Shown: piece by piece, positions 43,769 through 55,858 of the stretch
Position numbering within the stretch: position 1 is the stretch's first letter
Layout: every line of letters begins with the position of its first letter
From: a bacterium
GTDB taxonomy: Bacteria; SM23-31
DNA length: 64,000 nt
Assembly (NCBI GenBank): GCA_965249485.1
Contig: OZ252239.1
Span: 1,760,001-1,824,000, forward strand
Direction: 5' to 3'
Translations under genes and position numbers: made by a program
Notes under the pieces: model-generated
Databases searched by the model: none
The model's input: only the letters and a program-made list of their open reading frames with translations
What the model was told of the DNA's origin: nothing

Positions 43769-43918
43769 TTTATTACATAAACATAGTCTAACTTTTCCAG
43801 TAATTTGAGATTTTTTCATGAGGGGATATACCAATGATACATGCATCCGTGGGTGAAATGTTACGTTGTGACACCTTATCTTGCTAATTCTCTTTACAGA
43901 GGTTCATAGTATTTGACA

Positions 43919-43946
43919 CTGCCCGGGTTGTACGATTTACGAATCC
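43919..43946 (-). repeat. Cassette-junction element copy (core only)
   Basis: + strand CTGCCCGGGTTGTACGATTTACGAATCC. Confidence 0.7.
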
Positions 43947-44297
43947 TCAAGAGTTTTGTCATATAACTTTGTGCGATATGCAACTTTAATTCTTGCAAAA
44001 AAGTTTAAAATATTTTATTTTCAAGCATACCTTATTACTGAGGCTTTCGTTGACATACTCTTTGCGCAATTCTCTTTACAGGAGCCTTCACATTGTATTC
44101 TGTAGATCGTGTCCTCAACGTACTTTGTTCCTTGATGATATTAACCGGCGGAGATGATAATGCATGTCTTCTTTATGTATGAAATTGCAAATCTCAGAAA
44201 TAGTTACCCGCATTAGACACCATTGCAGCACACCTCATCTTTGGTTTATTTGTATGGTACTAATCAATTAATTTGCACAACAAAATAGGTGCAATCA

Positions 44298-46502
44298 ATG
44301 AATAGAGAAAATCAGTCTCAAAATTTGAACGGATTTGTTTCAGAAGCAAAAATGAGTCTTAATAAATCGCTGCCGAGAAATGTGGCAATAATATTTATTA
44401 TTATTGGCTTAGCGATGAGCATCTTAGGGGGGTATATTTATACTACTACCAATAATTTTTAAAACACACAGGATGAAGTCCTTCATTTACAAGATATAGC
44501 AAACAAAATAATTGCTAAGGATAAATATGCTACTGATACTTTTTCACGGCAGCTGTTTTATAATGATCCGTTAATAGAAATAAACGAAAACCCTGAAGCT
44601 AATCTACTCATTACACAGTTAATGACACTTGTTTACGATAATGATCTTTTAACGTGGTTAGAACGATTACAAATAGCTGACAAAAATATAGTTGCCATTG
44701 AGCGAAAATCAAAAAATCTGGCAATCGAAGGGAAAATCAATGAGGCACGTGAATTGTTTTTTGGCGATGAATATGCATCATGGAAGGAAGAATACACAAA
44801 CTCGATCAATAATTTTGTTGATCTAACCTCCTTCATATTGACCGACGTATTACTAAAACAGCGCAGCCATATAAACTATGCTCTTCTATCAATACTGATT
44901 ATGCTGCCAATCTTACTTTTCGCATATAAAATCATTCGCAAATATGGAGACGAGACTTTTCAATTAACACATGAGATTATAGAATCAAATTCACTGCTTG
45001 CCGCTACCTTAGAATCAATTGACAACGGAATATTAGTCGTTGATATTCAGGGGAAAATTATTAGTTACAATCAATTATTCCTGGAAATGTGGCGCATTCC
45101 AAAATCGGTTATAAATTCAAAAAATGACGAATACGTTTTGGAACATGTACTCGAGCAGTTGAAAGACCCTGATGAATTTTTAGAAACTGTTCAATATTTA
45201 TATAACCATCCATCATATGAAAGCAATGACGTAATTATGTTTAACGATGGTAGAGTTTTTGAAAGATATTCTAAACCACAGAAGATTGAAATTGATATAA
45301 CGGGAAGAGTGTGGTGCTTTCGCGATGTCACTGAAAAAAAACAGTTAGAAGAACAGCTTCAAATTCGCCAGAAAATGGACTCTCTTGGAACTCTTGCAGG
45401 AGGGATAGCCCATGATTTCAATAATCTCCTTACCGGTATTATCGGGGGTGTAGAACTGCTCAAAAGTGGAAATGATAATTTTACCGAGCACCAGAAAGGA
45501 TTCTTAGACATCACAGATAGAAGCTGTACACGAGCCGCAAATCTCATTCGACAGTTTCAGACATTATCTAAAGGAGTAATCCATGAAAGGTTAAATGTTG
45601 ACATATATGATATTGCAGATGAAGTCTTCAACTTTCTGAAAGAAACCACTGATCGTCTCATTGCTAAAGAGATCTTGTTCAAAAAGGGTGAGTACTTTGT
45701 AAACGTTAATTCCGGAGAACTGTACCAAGTGTTAGTAAATCTTGCAACTAATTCGGTGCACGCTATCGAAGAGTGTGGCATTAGTGATGGAGATTATATT
45801 AGGATTAATGCTCAAGACAGTGAGGTGACAACCGTAGATACGACAGGGCTTCAAGAAGGAAGCTATATTCATATAGTTTTCGAAGATAATGGTGCCGGTA
45901 TGTCGGAAGAAGTCCTGAAGAAAGCTTTTGACCCGATGTTCACAACTAAAAGTAAAAGCAGCACAAAGGGACAGGGACTGGGCCTTTCGATGGTGTATAA
46001 CATTATTACAAAATTATATAATGGACATGTTAGTATTGAGAGTAAAAAAGGTATAGGAACAACGTTTCACCTCTATTTTCCCAAAGTTGAGGCTGGGACA
46101 AAGGTTGAAGATGACGCCCCTGCTGAAGTCCAAGGAGGGTCAGAAACTATTTTAGTAGTTGATGACGAAACAATAGTGTTAGAGACCGCAAAGAGATTTC
46201 TGGAGAAATATGGATATGCTGTTATTATCGCAATTGGTGGGAAAGAAGCATTGGATATCTATGAAAATAAGAAAGACTCCATTGCTGCTGTTATATTAGA
46301 CCTGTCCATGCCTCACATTTCAGGGAAGGAAGTGTTTCAAAGGATGCTGAAGATCGATCCTGAATTAAAAGTAATTATCTCTTCCGGATACCATGAAGAG
46401 TATTCAAAAGAAGGGATACTGAGCCAGGCTATTGGAAACTTAAGTAAACCGTACACAGTGAAAGACATGGCTCGGACGATCAGAAACGCTCTGGATTCGT
46501 AA
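44298..46502 (+). pseudogene. Hybrid sensor kinase (TM-PAS-HisKA-HATPase-REC) with in-frame TAA at 44460
   Basis: LAGGIAHDFNNLL, NL.TNS, DNGAG, FTTK, GLGLS, ILVVDDE; the upstream in-frame TM segment starts at ATG 44298. Confidence 0.85.
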
Positions 46503-46762
46503 GTCAATTTATTCTGATAATAATTTCCCCTTGAATGTACACTATCCCGGGGTTTTCCACCAGCTTGCCATTGTGCTAAAAACATGAGTGAAATATTATT
46601 TCAGAGGTGCACTTTTAAGCTCATTCAATTGTTCCCTGTCCAACAAGAATAGCGGATTTCATCCTTCTTGTTATCCATTGACGTGTTCCAGAGAGATCGT
46701 GTGAGACACGATACCGGAAATCCGTTACTTCGAGGCCAACTGCACGAAAATAAACAGGCCTT

Positions 46763-48226
46763 TTACGGTTTCATCACATCGCTTGCCCACTCATTGTACA
46801 GAATAGTAAGCCGTTCAACGATCTCAGACCGTTCCGTGGCAAAATTTTTCCATTCGGGCGGATCATCAGAAAGATTTGCCAAAAACGGGCTCCCCATCGG
46901 GCCTTCTCGCTGCGGATGCGGTGAATACTTCCCGGTGGAGTCTCCACCATTAACGATCAGTTTCCAATCACCTTCCCGCACGGCCCATCCTCTTCCCCAC
47001 TGCCAGTAGAATAGCTTATGCCGGGAAGGAGCTTCGGGAGAATTTATAACCTCCCACATGCTTTTACCGTCAATTTCTCTGTCAGGCAGGGGGATATCAC
47101 ATAATTCAAGAATCGTTGGGAAAAAATCTGCGTTCAGAACCGCTTGATCGCGTACCTGACCTTCACCGATCAGGTTTGGAAAGCTGATGACAGCCGGCAC
47201 GCGGATACCACCCTCTAAAAAGCTTCCTTTCGCGCCTCTCCACTTACCGGTATATCCTCCTCCTCCGTACGCACCGTACGGTTGTCCGTCCGACTTGTGA
47301 TAATCTTCAGTTGAATGACCATTGTCACTCATCATAATGATCATCGTATTATCCCGCAGATCCAATTGATCGACTTTATTTAAAATTTGTCCCATTCTGT
47401 CATCCGTGGTTGAAATCATTGCCGCGTACGAACTGCGCGGCAGGGACATCTCTTTATACATTTCGGTAAACTTTGGATCAGCCTGTTCAGGATAATGAGG
47501 TACATTGAACGGGACATACATCAAGAAGGGGCTATCCTTGTTTTCCTCGAGGAAACGGTGGGATTCACGGACTATCAAGTCGGGAAAATAGCTGCCGTCT
47601 TCGAACACCTCTGTGTTATTGCGGTATAGACTGTGGAACGGCTCGATGATTTCTTCACCTTCCTCTTGCTCATCATCATACACATAGCGGGTGTGCGAGT
47701 AATTGTCAATAAATCCGGACAGGTGTCCAAAGAATTCGTCAAAACCCTGATCGTTGGGACCATAGCCCGGAGTCGCACCCAAATGCCATTTTCCGAAAAG
47801 ACCGGTACGGTAGCCGTTTTCTCTGAGAACTTCCGCAATGGTTATCTCGTCCACAGACATATTAGCACCCCCGCCGAAGGGATGATTTATATCGGGGTGA
47901 CTCGATGCCCACCTGTTAATATCGCCGCGCTGAGGATGGCGTCCGGTCAGCAGTGACACCCGGGATGGACAGCAGACCGCATGGGCATAGGCCTGGGTGA
48001 AGCGGACTCCCCGCTCTGCCAAAGCGTCCATGTGGGGCGTGTACAAATCGTTTGAGCCATAACTGTTGATGTCCAAGGTGCCTTGATCATCGGTGTAGAA
48101 TAGTATGATGTTTGGTCTGTTTTTGACAGTCCCGCAGGCGCCAATACTCCCGGGAATAGTGAGTGCCGCCGCACCTATGCCCATTGTTTTTAAAAAGTCG
48201 CGCCGTGTGCGCTTCGATGAATTCAT
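46763..48226 (-). CDS. Tat-exported S1 sulfatase
   Basis: TRRDFLK; PNII...DD; CCPSR (CxPxR); GKWHLG; SDNG; EGGIRVP. Confidence 0.93.
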   Translation of the reverse strand: MNSSKRTRRDFLKTMGIGAAALTIPGSIGACGTVKNRPNIILFYTDDQGTLDINSYGSNDLYTPHMDALAERGVRFTQAYAHAVCCPSRVSLLTGRHPQRGDINRWASSHPDINHPFGGGANMSVDEITIAEVLRENGYRTGLFGKWHLGATPGYGPNDQGFDEFFGHLSGFIDNYSHTRYVYDDEQEEGEEIIEPFHSLYRNNTEVFEDGSYFPDLIVRESHRFLEENKDSPFLMYVPFNVPHYPEQADPKFTEMYKEMSLPRSSYAAMISTTDDRMGQILNKVDQLDLRDNTMIIMMSDNGHSTEDYHKSDGQPYGAYGGGGYTGKWRGAKGSFLEGGIRVPAVISFPNLIGEGQVRDQAVLNADFFPTILELCDIPLPDREIDGKSMWEVINSPEAPSRHKLFYWQWGRGWAVREGDWKLIVNGGDSTGKYSPHPQREGPMGSPFLANLSDDPPEWKNFATERSEIVERLTILYNEWASDVMKP

Positions 48227-48264
48227 GTTTTTCTCCAAATTTAAGTTCACAAATAGTTTTAATA

Positions 48265-49971
48265 TCAGCCTTGAGCAAGTTTAACCTGGATATCTCCCCA
48301 ATCAGTTACGTTAACTCTTGCTTTCCATTGTTCATATAGTCCAGACAGTTCCCTGACTTTGTCCGAGTGCGTTTCTGCTATATTGTTCAGTTCTGTCCTG
48401 TCTTCATCAATATCATACATTTCCCATTCTCCTGTCCTTTTCCCACTCCCCACAGAAAATTGCCGATTTTCAGTATAATACGATACCAACTTCCATTTTC
48501 CCTGCCGAACGGCGCGATTTCCCTCATGCTCCCAGTACAAAACGTCCCTATCTGCAATTTTACCGCCTTTGAACACAGGCACAAGGGACCGTCCTTCCGT
48601 GGGAATAATCTCGAAACCCCTGTCCTCCGTGGGATATTGTCCCCGGTAATCCGCAGGATATTCAGCACCTGCCGCTTCCAAGCATGTCGCCTTCACATCC
48701 ATAACATGAGCGGACTGGTCAGTAATCTCTCCTGTCTGTTCGATTACACGGGGCCAGTGTGCGATAAAAGGAGTGGCTATTCCACCTTCGTGGACCCAGT
48801 GTTTGAACAAACGGAAGGGTGTGTTGCTTGCATTCGCCCAGGGCAGGTAATATCCGGTATACGATTCAGCCGGACCCGGCGGAATTACGGAAGTCCGGCC
48901 AATAAGTTCTGCACAACCGCCATTATCGGAAAGAAACATGATGAGGGTGTTTTCTTCCTCACCAACCTCTCTGAGTTTTTGCAGTATTGAGCCAATTCCC
49001 TGGTCCATTCGATCAACCATGGCAGCATACACCGCCATCCGCAAATCCCAGTCTTTTTTGTTTTCAGCATCCTTCCAGGGAGGAGCTTCAGGATTTCTCG
49101 GTGACAGTTTGACATTATTATCAAAAAGTCCCATTGCTTTCTGTTGTTCAAATCGTCTTTCCCGTAATGCATCCCAGCCTGCCATATACGTGCCTTTATA
49201 TTTCTCGATATCTTCGGGTCAGGCATGTAGCGGCCAGTGCGGAGCATTGTAGGCAACGTACATGAAAAATGGTCTGTCTCTATCAGCCTCTTCAATAAAC
49301 GTTGCCGCGTAATCATAAAAATAATCGGTTGTATAAAAATCTTCCGGGGGATAAAATGGTCTATCACCATTCATCAGTATCGAAGATTCAGGGACTGTAG
49401 GGTTAAAATAGTTAGCAGCACCCTTGATGATACCAAAATATCTCTCGAAACCCCGGTCAATCGGCCAATTCGGCCGGTAGGTACCAACATGCCATTTCCC
49501 CGTCATAAAGGTTTGATACCCATATAGCTGCAAGACCTCCGCGATGGTAACACAATTGTTGTTCAGATAGCCCTGGTACTCAGGTAATGCAATCTTCTTG
49601 TTTCTTCCCAGCGTTCTCTTATCAGTTGAGGTCATGTGCCCGATCCCAGTCTGGTGTGGGTACAGACCAGTCAATAATGAAGCGCGTATCGGGCAACACC
49701 GGGCGGCGTTATAGAATTGTGTAAATCGAATCCCCTTGTTCGCAAGCCTATCGAGATTTGGAGTATTTATTTCCGAACCATAACAGCCGATATCCGAATA
49801 ACCCATATCATCGGCCATGATCAGGATTATATTTGGCTTTTTTTGTTTTGGTGCATACGCCGAAACCTCACGTTTTTCAAAGGGGAGTCCGGTGAGCGAA
49901 ATACCAGCTATACCTAACGATGTCAAACCGATAAAATCACGTCTGTTCAGTCCACTTTTCGTATTGGTCAT
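48265..49971 (-). pseudogene. Tat-exported arylsulfatase with in-frame TGA at 49219-49221
   Basis: NRRDFIG, DDMGYSD, CCPIR, GKWH, APHWPLHA*PED; both halves are in one frame. Confidence 0.9.
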
Positions 49972-50025
49972 GATAGTTTCACTCTATGCACTTTGGAGAA
50001 ATTAATTGTGATTGTATATCATCCG

Positions 50026-50053
50026 GCTCCCCGGGCTGTACAATTTACGAAGC
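50026..50053 (-). repeat. Cassette-junction element copy (core)
   Basis: + strand GCTCCCCGGGCTGTACAATTTACGAAGC. Confidence 0.75.
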
Positions 50054-50115
50054 TTTTTTGCTTATGTATCATACCGGGAGCGGAAGATAGGTACGGAAAA
50101 TTTAAAGACACATTC

Positions 50116-51702
50116 TCATTCCCTCTCACTGGAGGGTGCAACACGGGGAAGTTTTTCATCGCGCATAGCCGCATGATATGCGAAGCTTGCCATGATCACC
50201 GCCGACTGCATCAGGTCTTCAGGAACAAGACGGTCATACACATCCATATTGGTGTGGGCGGCGCGGTCCTCAATCGGGTCTTGAATGAATTGGACGGCGG
50301 GCAGCCCGACTGCATTGAATGAGGCATGGTCAGAATTCCAGGAACTCCTACTACTCAAATGTGTCATCCCCAGATTATGAAACGGTTTTATCCATTCGGT
50401 AAATATCGGACGCAACCGCTCATTTTCCTGGAGATTAACGCCGCGGATCCTGCCGGTATCCCTGTCCTTATTAAAGTACGCTGCAACTTTCGCATGTTCG
50501 GGAGTATAGTGCCGAGTATCCGGGTTGCCGTAGTGTTTGGCAACATATCCACGTGAGCCTAACAGTCCAGATTCCTCACCGCCCCACAGGGCAACACGAA
50601 TTGTGCGGCGGGGCGTGACACCAATTGCCCTTAATATGCGGATAGCTTCCATAGCGACTGCGGCTCCTGCGGCGTTATCGCTAGCACCGGTACCAGCGGA
50701 TGTCGCATCAAGATGACCACCGAACAAAACCACTTCATCTGCGAAGTCGGTACCCGGTATTTCGGCGATTACATTATGATCAGTCGGGTCATCTTCGGTT
50801 ATGCTTATTCTGAGTTCCATTTCCATCTCAACGGGTATTCCCTTTTCGAGAACGCGCATAATACGATTATAATGTTCCCCGGCCATAACTAAAAACGGCG
50901 GGTGTATCGATGCAATATTCTCCCATGCTTTCCGCACCCCATTGACCCTAACAGTCCCGAAATTCCCGTAATTTTCCCTTCCATCGGAATTGATTATGTT
51001 GCCTCCCGGAGCGGCAATCGCCGCTGCACCTTCTGAAAAGAGGAAATCTATAATCTGATTTCTTGGCAGTCTCCCAGCTTGCTGGTCACGGTGTTGCCGC
51101 CGATCCGGGAGAGGTATGACCGTTTGTGAGTATTCATCCAGCCATTCCTTCGAGTATCGCACTGCCATAGGAGAAAATTCGGGAAACAGTTCCTGTTTTG
51201 GCTGGATGAATACAATGGCATTTTTTAACGTTCCTCTGTAGTAAGCCAGGTCTTCTTCTGAAGCGATTTCCTCGAAATTTATGTATACCACCTGGCCCTG
51301 AATCCTGCCGTTGGTACCCGAACTCCAGGTATTTGGATAGGCGATAATCGGCATATACTGTGGGGTCATCATGTGGACAGATGTGTAATCGTTTCTCCAA
51401 CTCACTCCGAATTCGCCGTAAGGTTCTAATTGAACATTCGCCAGACCGTATTCCTCAAATTTCTTTTGCGCCCATTCCGCGGCTGCGCGATATGATGGTG
51501 AGTGAGACAGGCGCGGTCCAAATACATCTGTCAAGTAACTGGCAATTTCCATCACACGGGAGTTATAAAATCCCTCTACTCTAATTTTCTGGATTACATC
51601 CCAATGGATCGGTTCCTGAGCTACAGCAGAAAATGCGAATACGGTAATCACCACCATGACCATGATTGCGTTATGGTAAAATTTCATGTGTCTTTCCTTC
51701 AT
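50116..51702 (-). CDS. Secreted M28-family peptidase (carboxypeptidase Q-like)
   Basis: GPRL, GGHLD, GASDNAAG, GEESGLLGS, SDH, HTN.D. Confidence 0.9.
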   Translation of the reverse strand: MKERHMKFYHNAIMVMVVITVFAFSAVAQEPIHWDVIQKIRVEGFYNSRVMEIASYLTDVFGPRLSHSPSYRAAAEWAQKKFEEYGLANVQLEPYGEFGVSWRNDYTSVHMMTPQYMPIIAYPNTWSSGTNGRIQGQVVYINFEEIASEEDLAYYRGTLKNAIVFIQPKQELFPEFSPMAVRYSKEWLDEYSQTVIPLPDRRQHRDQQAGRLPRNQIIDFLFSEGAAAIAAPGGNIINSDGRENYGNFGTVRVNGVRKAWENIASIHPPFLVMAGEHYNRIMRVLEKGIPVEMEMELRISITEDDPTDHNVIAEIPGTDFADEVVLFGGHLDATSAGTGASDNAAGAAVAMEAIRILRAIGVTPRRTIRVALWGGEESGLLGSRGYVAKHYGNPDTRHYTPEHAKVAAYFNKDRDTGRIRGVNLQENERLRPIFTEWIKPFHNLGMTHLSSRSSWNSDHASFNAVGLPAVQFIQDPIEDRAAHTNMDVYDRLVPEDLMQSAVIMASFAYHAAMRDEKLPRVAPSSERE

Positions 51703-51781
51703 TTATGAGTTTTACATTCTCATTTCATTGTTTAAATCGATTTGTGACTATCGTACAAGCAAGATTCTGCAGAGTCTGGCA

Positions 51782-53191
51782 TTAGCGAATAAGCGGGAGT
51801 TCTTTGGGATATGGAAAGAAATATTCAACACCGCGTTCGGTAGTCATTACACCGTCGTGAAATCGTAATCTAATAGATTCTCCTTCACCCCATTCAGGCA
51901 TCGGTACATCGATAAAGAATTCCATAGAGAAATGGTGATAGAGGGGGAGTTTGATAGCATTCTGCCAATCCGGACCCAAAGGACCGATCCTCGGAGCATA
52001 TAATCCTGAACCTGCGGCATGTAAATCAATTGCAACCCAGGTTTTATCAGCGTAACGCTCCCTGTCGAATCTTTGTATTTCGGTATTGATCATTCCCGCT
52101 TCTGCAACTTTTAGCTTGAGAATTTCATATGTTGCATCACCGGTACGTCCGACCTTGATATTGTCTTCTAATATTTTACGAACCGTCTTGACATCATTCC
52201 AGAGTCTTTTGATATGTGCTGGTGGTTCTGATTTTCCTTTTTCAAGCACATAGGCATACGCATCTATAACCTCATGATAGTTTCCATACTGCCATCCAGA
52301 CCTCTGAAAACCGCCGCTTTGAGCTCCGTTCGTTAAAATTACCAGTTCACCTCCCTGGAAAACATAGTCACCGCGCTGCCTGCGACCATTCTTATCCACT
52401 ATAGAACGTCTTCTTCCCAGATCGCTCACTTTGGTAACACCCAGTACGATTTTACTCAACGCTTCTTCATGTATTGCATTGATATCGGAACGTATCCGTT
52501 TATAAAGATCAAATTCGCTGAGAACCGGTCTTACTAAATAATCAACAACTACGTACTCAGATGAAATCATCCGCCCTGCATATATAGTACCGAGCGCTTT
52601 GGATAACAAATTGTAGTCGGTATGCGAAATTCCATCCGGCCGATACCGGGGAAACTCATAAAATATTGCAGATCCTAATTCTTCCAGATAATTTACTGCA
52701 ATGCGTTTAGGATCACGCTCAGCAACAAATTCGCCGAGACCCGTAAACCGAAAATCTAATTCTGTTTTTGCTGTTCCCGGCCATTCGGGTCCTTCTAATT
52801 CATTTAACTTTATTCTGATATTCGGATAGGCTTCTAAAGGAGTTTTAATTTCCGGTTTAACAATAATGTCATAAGCGCCACTCTTTTCTACCTTGTCCGT
52901 ATTTAATCCAAAGAAAGCCCGTTCGATTCTGTCGCCTCCACGCTCTGTAAAAACGAAAACGCCTTCATTGCTCCCAAAGTTATATCCCAGAGGATCGAGG
53001 TCTCCTTCTCTCACAACATGAATCCACATATCGATCTCATGCTCCCGCATGATTTGAGGAAGGATAACGTCAAACTTATCCAGGAGAATTTGGTTTATCA
53101 TTTCTGCAACATCTTCATCCTGAACCTGTGCATTGGCACAAGGCACTGTGAACAGCACAGCAAACAAAAAAATCATAGCTCGAGATTTCAT
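51782..53191 (-). CDS. Secreted M24-family protein, paralog 2
   Basis: Same motifs as 42170..43678. Confidence 0.8.
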   Translation of the reverse strand: MKSRAMIFLFAVLFTVPCANAQVQDEDVAEMINQILLDKFDVILPQIMREHEIDMWIHVVREGDLDPLGYNFGSNEGVFVFTERGGDRIERAFFGLNTDKVEKSGAYDIIVKPEIKTPLEAYPNIRIKLNELEGPEWPGTAKTELDFRFTGLGEFVAERDPKRIAVNYLEELGSAIFYEFPRYRPDGISHTDYNLLSKALGTIYAGRMISSEYVVVDYLVRPVLSEFDLYKRIRSDINAIHEEALSKIVLGVTKVSDLGRRRSIVDKNGRRQRGDYVFQGGELVILTNGAQSGGFQRSGWQYGNYHEVIDAYAYVLEKGKSEPPAHIKRLWNDVKTVRKILEDNIKVGRTGDATYEILKLKVAEAGMINTEIQRFDRERYADKTWVAIDLHAAGSGLYAPRIGPLGPDWQNAIKLPLYHHFSMEFFIDVPMPEWGEGESIRLRFHDGVMTTERGVEYFFPYPKELPLIR

Positions 53192-53215
53192 GACTTCCTC
53201 TACTTGAAATGAATA

Positions 53216-53417
53216 GTGGCTTTTTGTCTATTTGTATTATACTTCAAGCGTGGTCAGACATTGTGATATTATAATTTTTGTAACGGTAAATTCATGAGCA
53301 CAAATGAATTAAGGTGTGTATCGTCAGAATAATGAGGGTACGACTATGTAGATAATACGGAGTGTATTTTTGTTTTACAAGTATTTTCTGTTCCCAAGGC
53401 TGTACTAATTGCGAACC
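53216..53417 (-). repeat. Long (~200 bp) form of the cassette-junction element (-35 TTGTAA, 17 bp, -10 TATTAT)
   Basis: Aligns with 63702-63908 (GTGGCTTTTTGT, CTTCAAG.GTGGTCAGAC, GTCAGAA...TGAGGG, core). Confidence 0.85.
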
Positions 53418-53537
53418 ATTGAGTGGGTACTCTCCCGAAGGTGAGAAAAGCGTTCAGCAAGAGCGTCCAGGGGGTTTACCCAATATCAGGGGTGAAAATA
53501 TTGTCAGAACCGGTGCCGCAGCATGTTATCTAATAAC

Positions 53538-53789
53538 TGACACATATTGACGCATCAGCTTTTAGACCACGTGTCATTTGTGTCAGTGAATGAGTGTAAG
53601 TTCAATAAAAACAATGGTCGGGGCGAAAGGATTTGAACCTTCGACCTCGTGCTCCCGAATTATAGTGGAAAATTAACCGTAAATCTAATAATAACAGGCA
53701 CGACTTCCACATTTTAATTAAATTTTTCAGTTGATTTAATAGAGTTTATTTAATATAAATAAACATAGCGTTTGATACAAATTGACACA
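53538..53789. other. attP-like site: arm-type repeat pairs on both sides of a tRNA core
   Basis: TGACACA/TGACGCA (53538-53554), inverted pair GTGTCA..GTGTCA (53570-53585), TGATACA/TGACACA (53773-53789). Confidence 0.6.
53615..53659 (-). other. att core: 3' half of tRNA-Pro(CGG), not an intact tRNA
   Basis: Minus strand TTCGGGAGCACGAGGTCGAAGGTTCAAATCCTTTCGCCCCGACCA; 5' half absent. Confidence 0.85.
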
Positions 53790-53898
53790 TAATTATAAAT
53801 CGCAACTATATATTAGACACATGTAAACATTTGTCGGGGAACAAAAGAAAGGCTTTGACGAAGGGTGTAGTTCATATACTATATCATGTTCAAAAAAT

Positions 53899-54021
53899 TC
53901 AATTCTGCTTATCTTTTTTGAACTCTTCCGGCTTAACTCTAACAATGCGCTTAATCGCCTCATCAAAGGGCATGTTAAGTTTAATCGGCTTTTCGTATGA
54001 TTTGGGTTTTTTCTTATTCAT
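53899..54021 (-). CDS. Small basic IS passenger ORF (40 aa)
   Basis: MNKKKPKSYEKPIKLNMPFDEAIKRIVRVKP..., overlapping the Bro-N stop. Confidence 0.45.
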   Translation of the reverse strand: MNKKKPKSYEKPIKLNMPFDEAIKRIVRVKPEEFKKDKQN

Positions 54022-54873
54022 TAGTTATTTGCTGAATCCCCATTGGAAAGCTTTCTCATTGCATCGTCTCCAGTAATGCTTTTGTCGTGTTTTGTATCAA
54101 GATAGTTTTTGTCAGAAACTACACTTTCACCAAGCTGTTTTTCTAAGTTCTTTCTTGCGGTTCCCGCAATACCCCCACCCTTCTCCGATGCTTCTTGTGG
54201 ATTTCTCCCCAAGCATAGTTAAGATGAGTTCAAGATCAGTCATGTTATCTCTTAAACTGTGGTGCTTTTTCAGTGCCTTAAAATTTTTGTGGTTTTGTGT
54301 GTCAATACCGAATGTTTCTGTTGAAATAATATTGGTTAAGATAGCATATTCTATATCTTTGACTCCACGATCTTTCCATTCATCGGTGAGTTCTTTTCTT
54401 GTTAGTATTGTTCTAATTCTGGCATCAATCCATTCATCTGAATAACCCTTTACCTTATAAGTTGTTATTGCTCTTTTGATGGCTATTTCAGGATTCTGAA
54501 TTTCTTGAATTCTCTCATATCCAGTCTTAGCCAACCACTTTTTTAAAGGTTCTACCTTTGGAGATGGTATGGATTGCACAATGCGAAATATAATCTCTGG
54601 GCTTGCACATTCTGTTTCCCTCATGCTTCCGTCTTTGGCACTAAGTTTCAACTGTCGACAATCTGTCGACAGATCAATTCCTGTTTTGGACAGTTCTCGT
54701 TTCTTCAGCTGATACCAATAATCACGTGGATTAACACTGTCTGTTACGGCCTCAACTACATCAACCACTGAAAAAAACCACTCATCATCGTGTAATATTT
54801 TTCTAATTTCTTTATTTTTGAACATTGTTATCTGTTCAACACCCTCTGGAATCAATTCATTTTCTTCCTTCAC
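54021..54873 (-). pseudogene. Bro-N domain (antirepressor-like) protein, frameshift/deletion near 54200
   Basis: EWFFSVVDVV, QLKL.A.DG..RET, RIVQSIPSPK.EP.K.WLA, LRDNMTDLEL; C-terminus GG.IAG.ARK.LE in another frame. Confidence 0.85.
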
Positions 54874-54937
54874 AATTTTTTTCCTTTTTGAATTGATGTT
54901 TTTTTAAAGTAATAAGAGTGTAGATATTTGTCAACCA

Positions 54938-55858
54938 TTAACTATCTTCATTTTTCAATTCCTCATAAGTTAATCTGCCAGTACAATAGTTTAACAGTAT
55001 TAAAAACCGTACACTATCCCCCAATTCACGAGTATTATATCTGAATTGGAATTCATGTATATAACGATCTAAGTGTTTTGGGCTAACATGATGATATATT
55101 CCGTAAATCCCCCGTTTGAATATACTCCAAAATCCCTCAATTGTGTTTACATGAACATTGCCACTGCTGTATTCTTGTTTACCATGACTAACAACATGAT
55201 GATCGAAATACTGTGATAATCGCTTGTATGCCAACCATTCATCAGACATTACAGTAGTTCCCTTAGCGACATATCCCTTAATAATGTTCTGCAATGTACT
55301 TGCTTTAACATTCTCAACAGACATCGATCTAAGTTTCCCCGCACGTTCCACCATGCCGAATACTGCTGTCTTGTTTTCAGATCCCCTTCCACGCTTACCC
55401 GAATGTTTACCACCAATGTAAGTTTCGTCTACTTCAACAATATTAGATAATGGCTTGGCAAATGAACTTGTCCTTACAGCATATCTAATTCTATGCAACA
55501 TGTACCACGCTGTCTTTTGGGTAACCTTAATATCTTTGGCAAGCTGTAACGAAGAAATTCCTTTTTTGTGTGCAGTAATTAGGAATATAGCAAAAAACCA
55601 TTTCCTCAATGGTAAAGCACTATCTTCAAATATCGTGCCTACCTTAACACTGAATTGCTTATCACAATCTTTGCACCAGTAAACAGGTCGGCTTTTATAC
55701 TTACTGACATTTTCACTGTCGCAATGGACACAAATAATGGTATCACCCCATCGAGCTTGTTCTAAATATTCACGACAAGACGATTCATCGGGGAACCGCT
55801 CAATTACATCCATTAAGTTGTTGAATTTAGGCAAGGGTCTTCTTAACTTGACTTCCAT
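54938..55858 (-). CDS. IS1595-family transposase (Zn ribbon + DDE)
   Basis: CVHC..CKDC.KQFSV..GTIFE, VEVDETYIGG, SDEW..Y, HVNTIEGFWS, EFQFRYN. Confidence 0.95.
   Translation of the reverse strand: MEVKLRRPLPKFNNLMDVIERFPDESSCREYLEQARWGDTIICVHCDSENVSKYKSRPVYWCKDCDKQFSVKVGTIFEDSALPLRKWFFAIFLITAHKKGISSLQLAKDIKVTQKTAWYMLHRIRYAVRTSSFAKPLSNIVEVDETYIGGKHSGKRGRGSENKTAVFGMVERAGKLRSMSVENVKASTLQNIIKGYVAKGTTVMSDEWLAYKRLSQYFDHHVVSHGKQEYSSGNVHVNTIEGFWSIFKRGIYGIYHHVSPKHLDRYIHEFQFRYNTRELGDSVRFLILLNYCTGRLTYEELKNEDS

Noticed and set aside
2736..49221. Stop-codon reassignment suggested by many in-frame stops (some TGA at likely Trp positions)
   Set aside because: All three stop codons appear as interruptions, TGA/TAA/TAG also end intact genes, TGG is used for Trp, and paralogs show sense codons at two sites; point mutation explains it better
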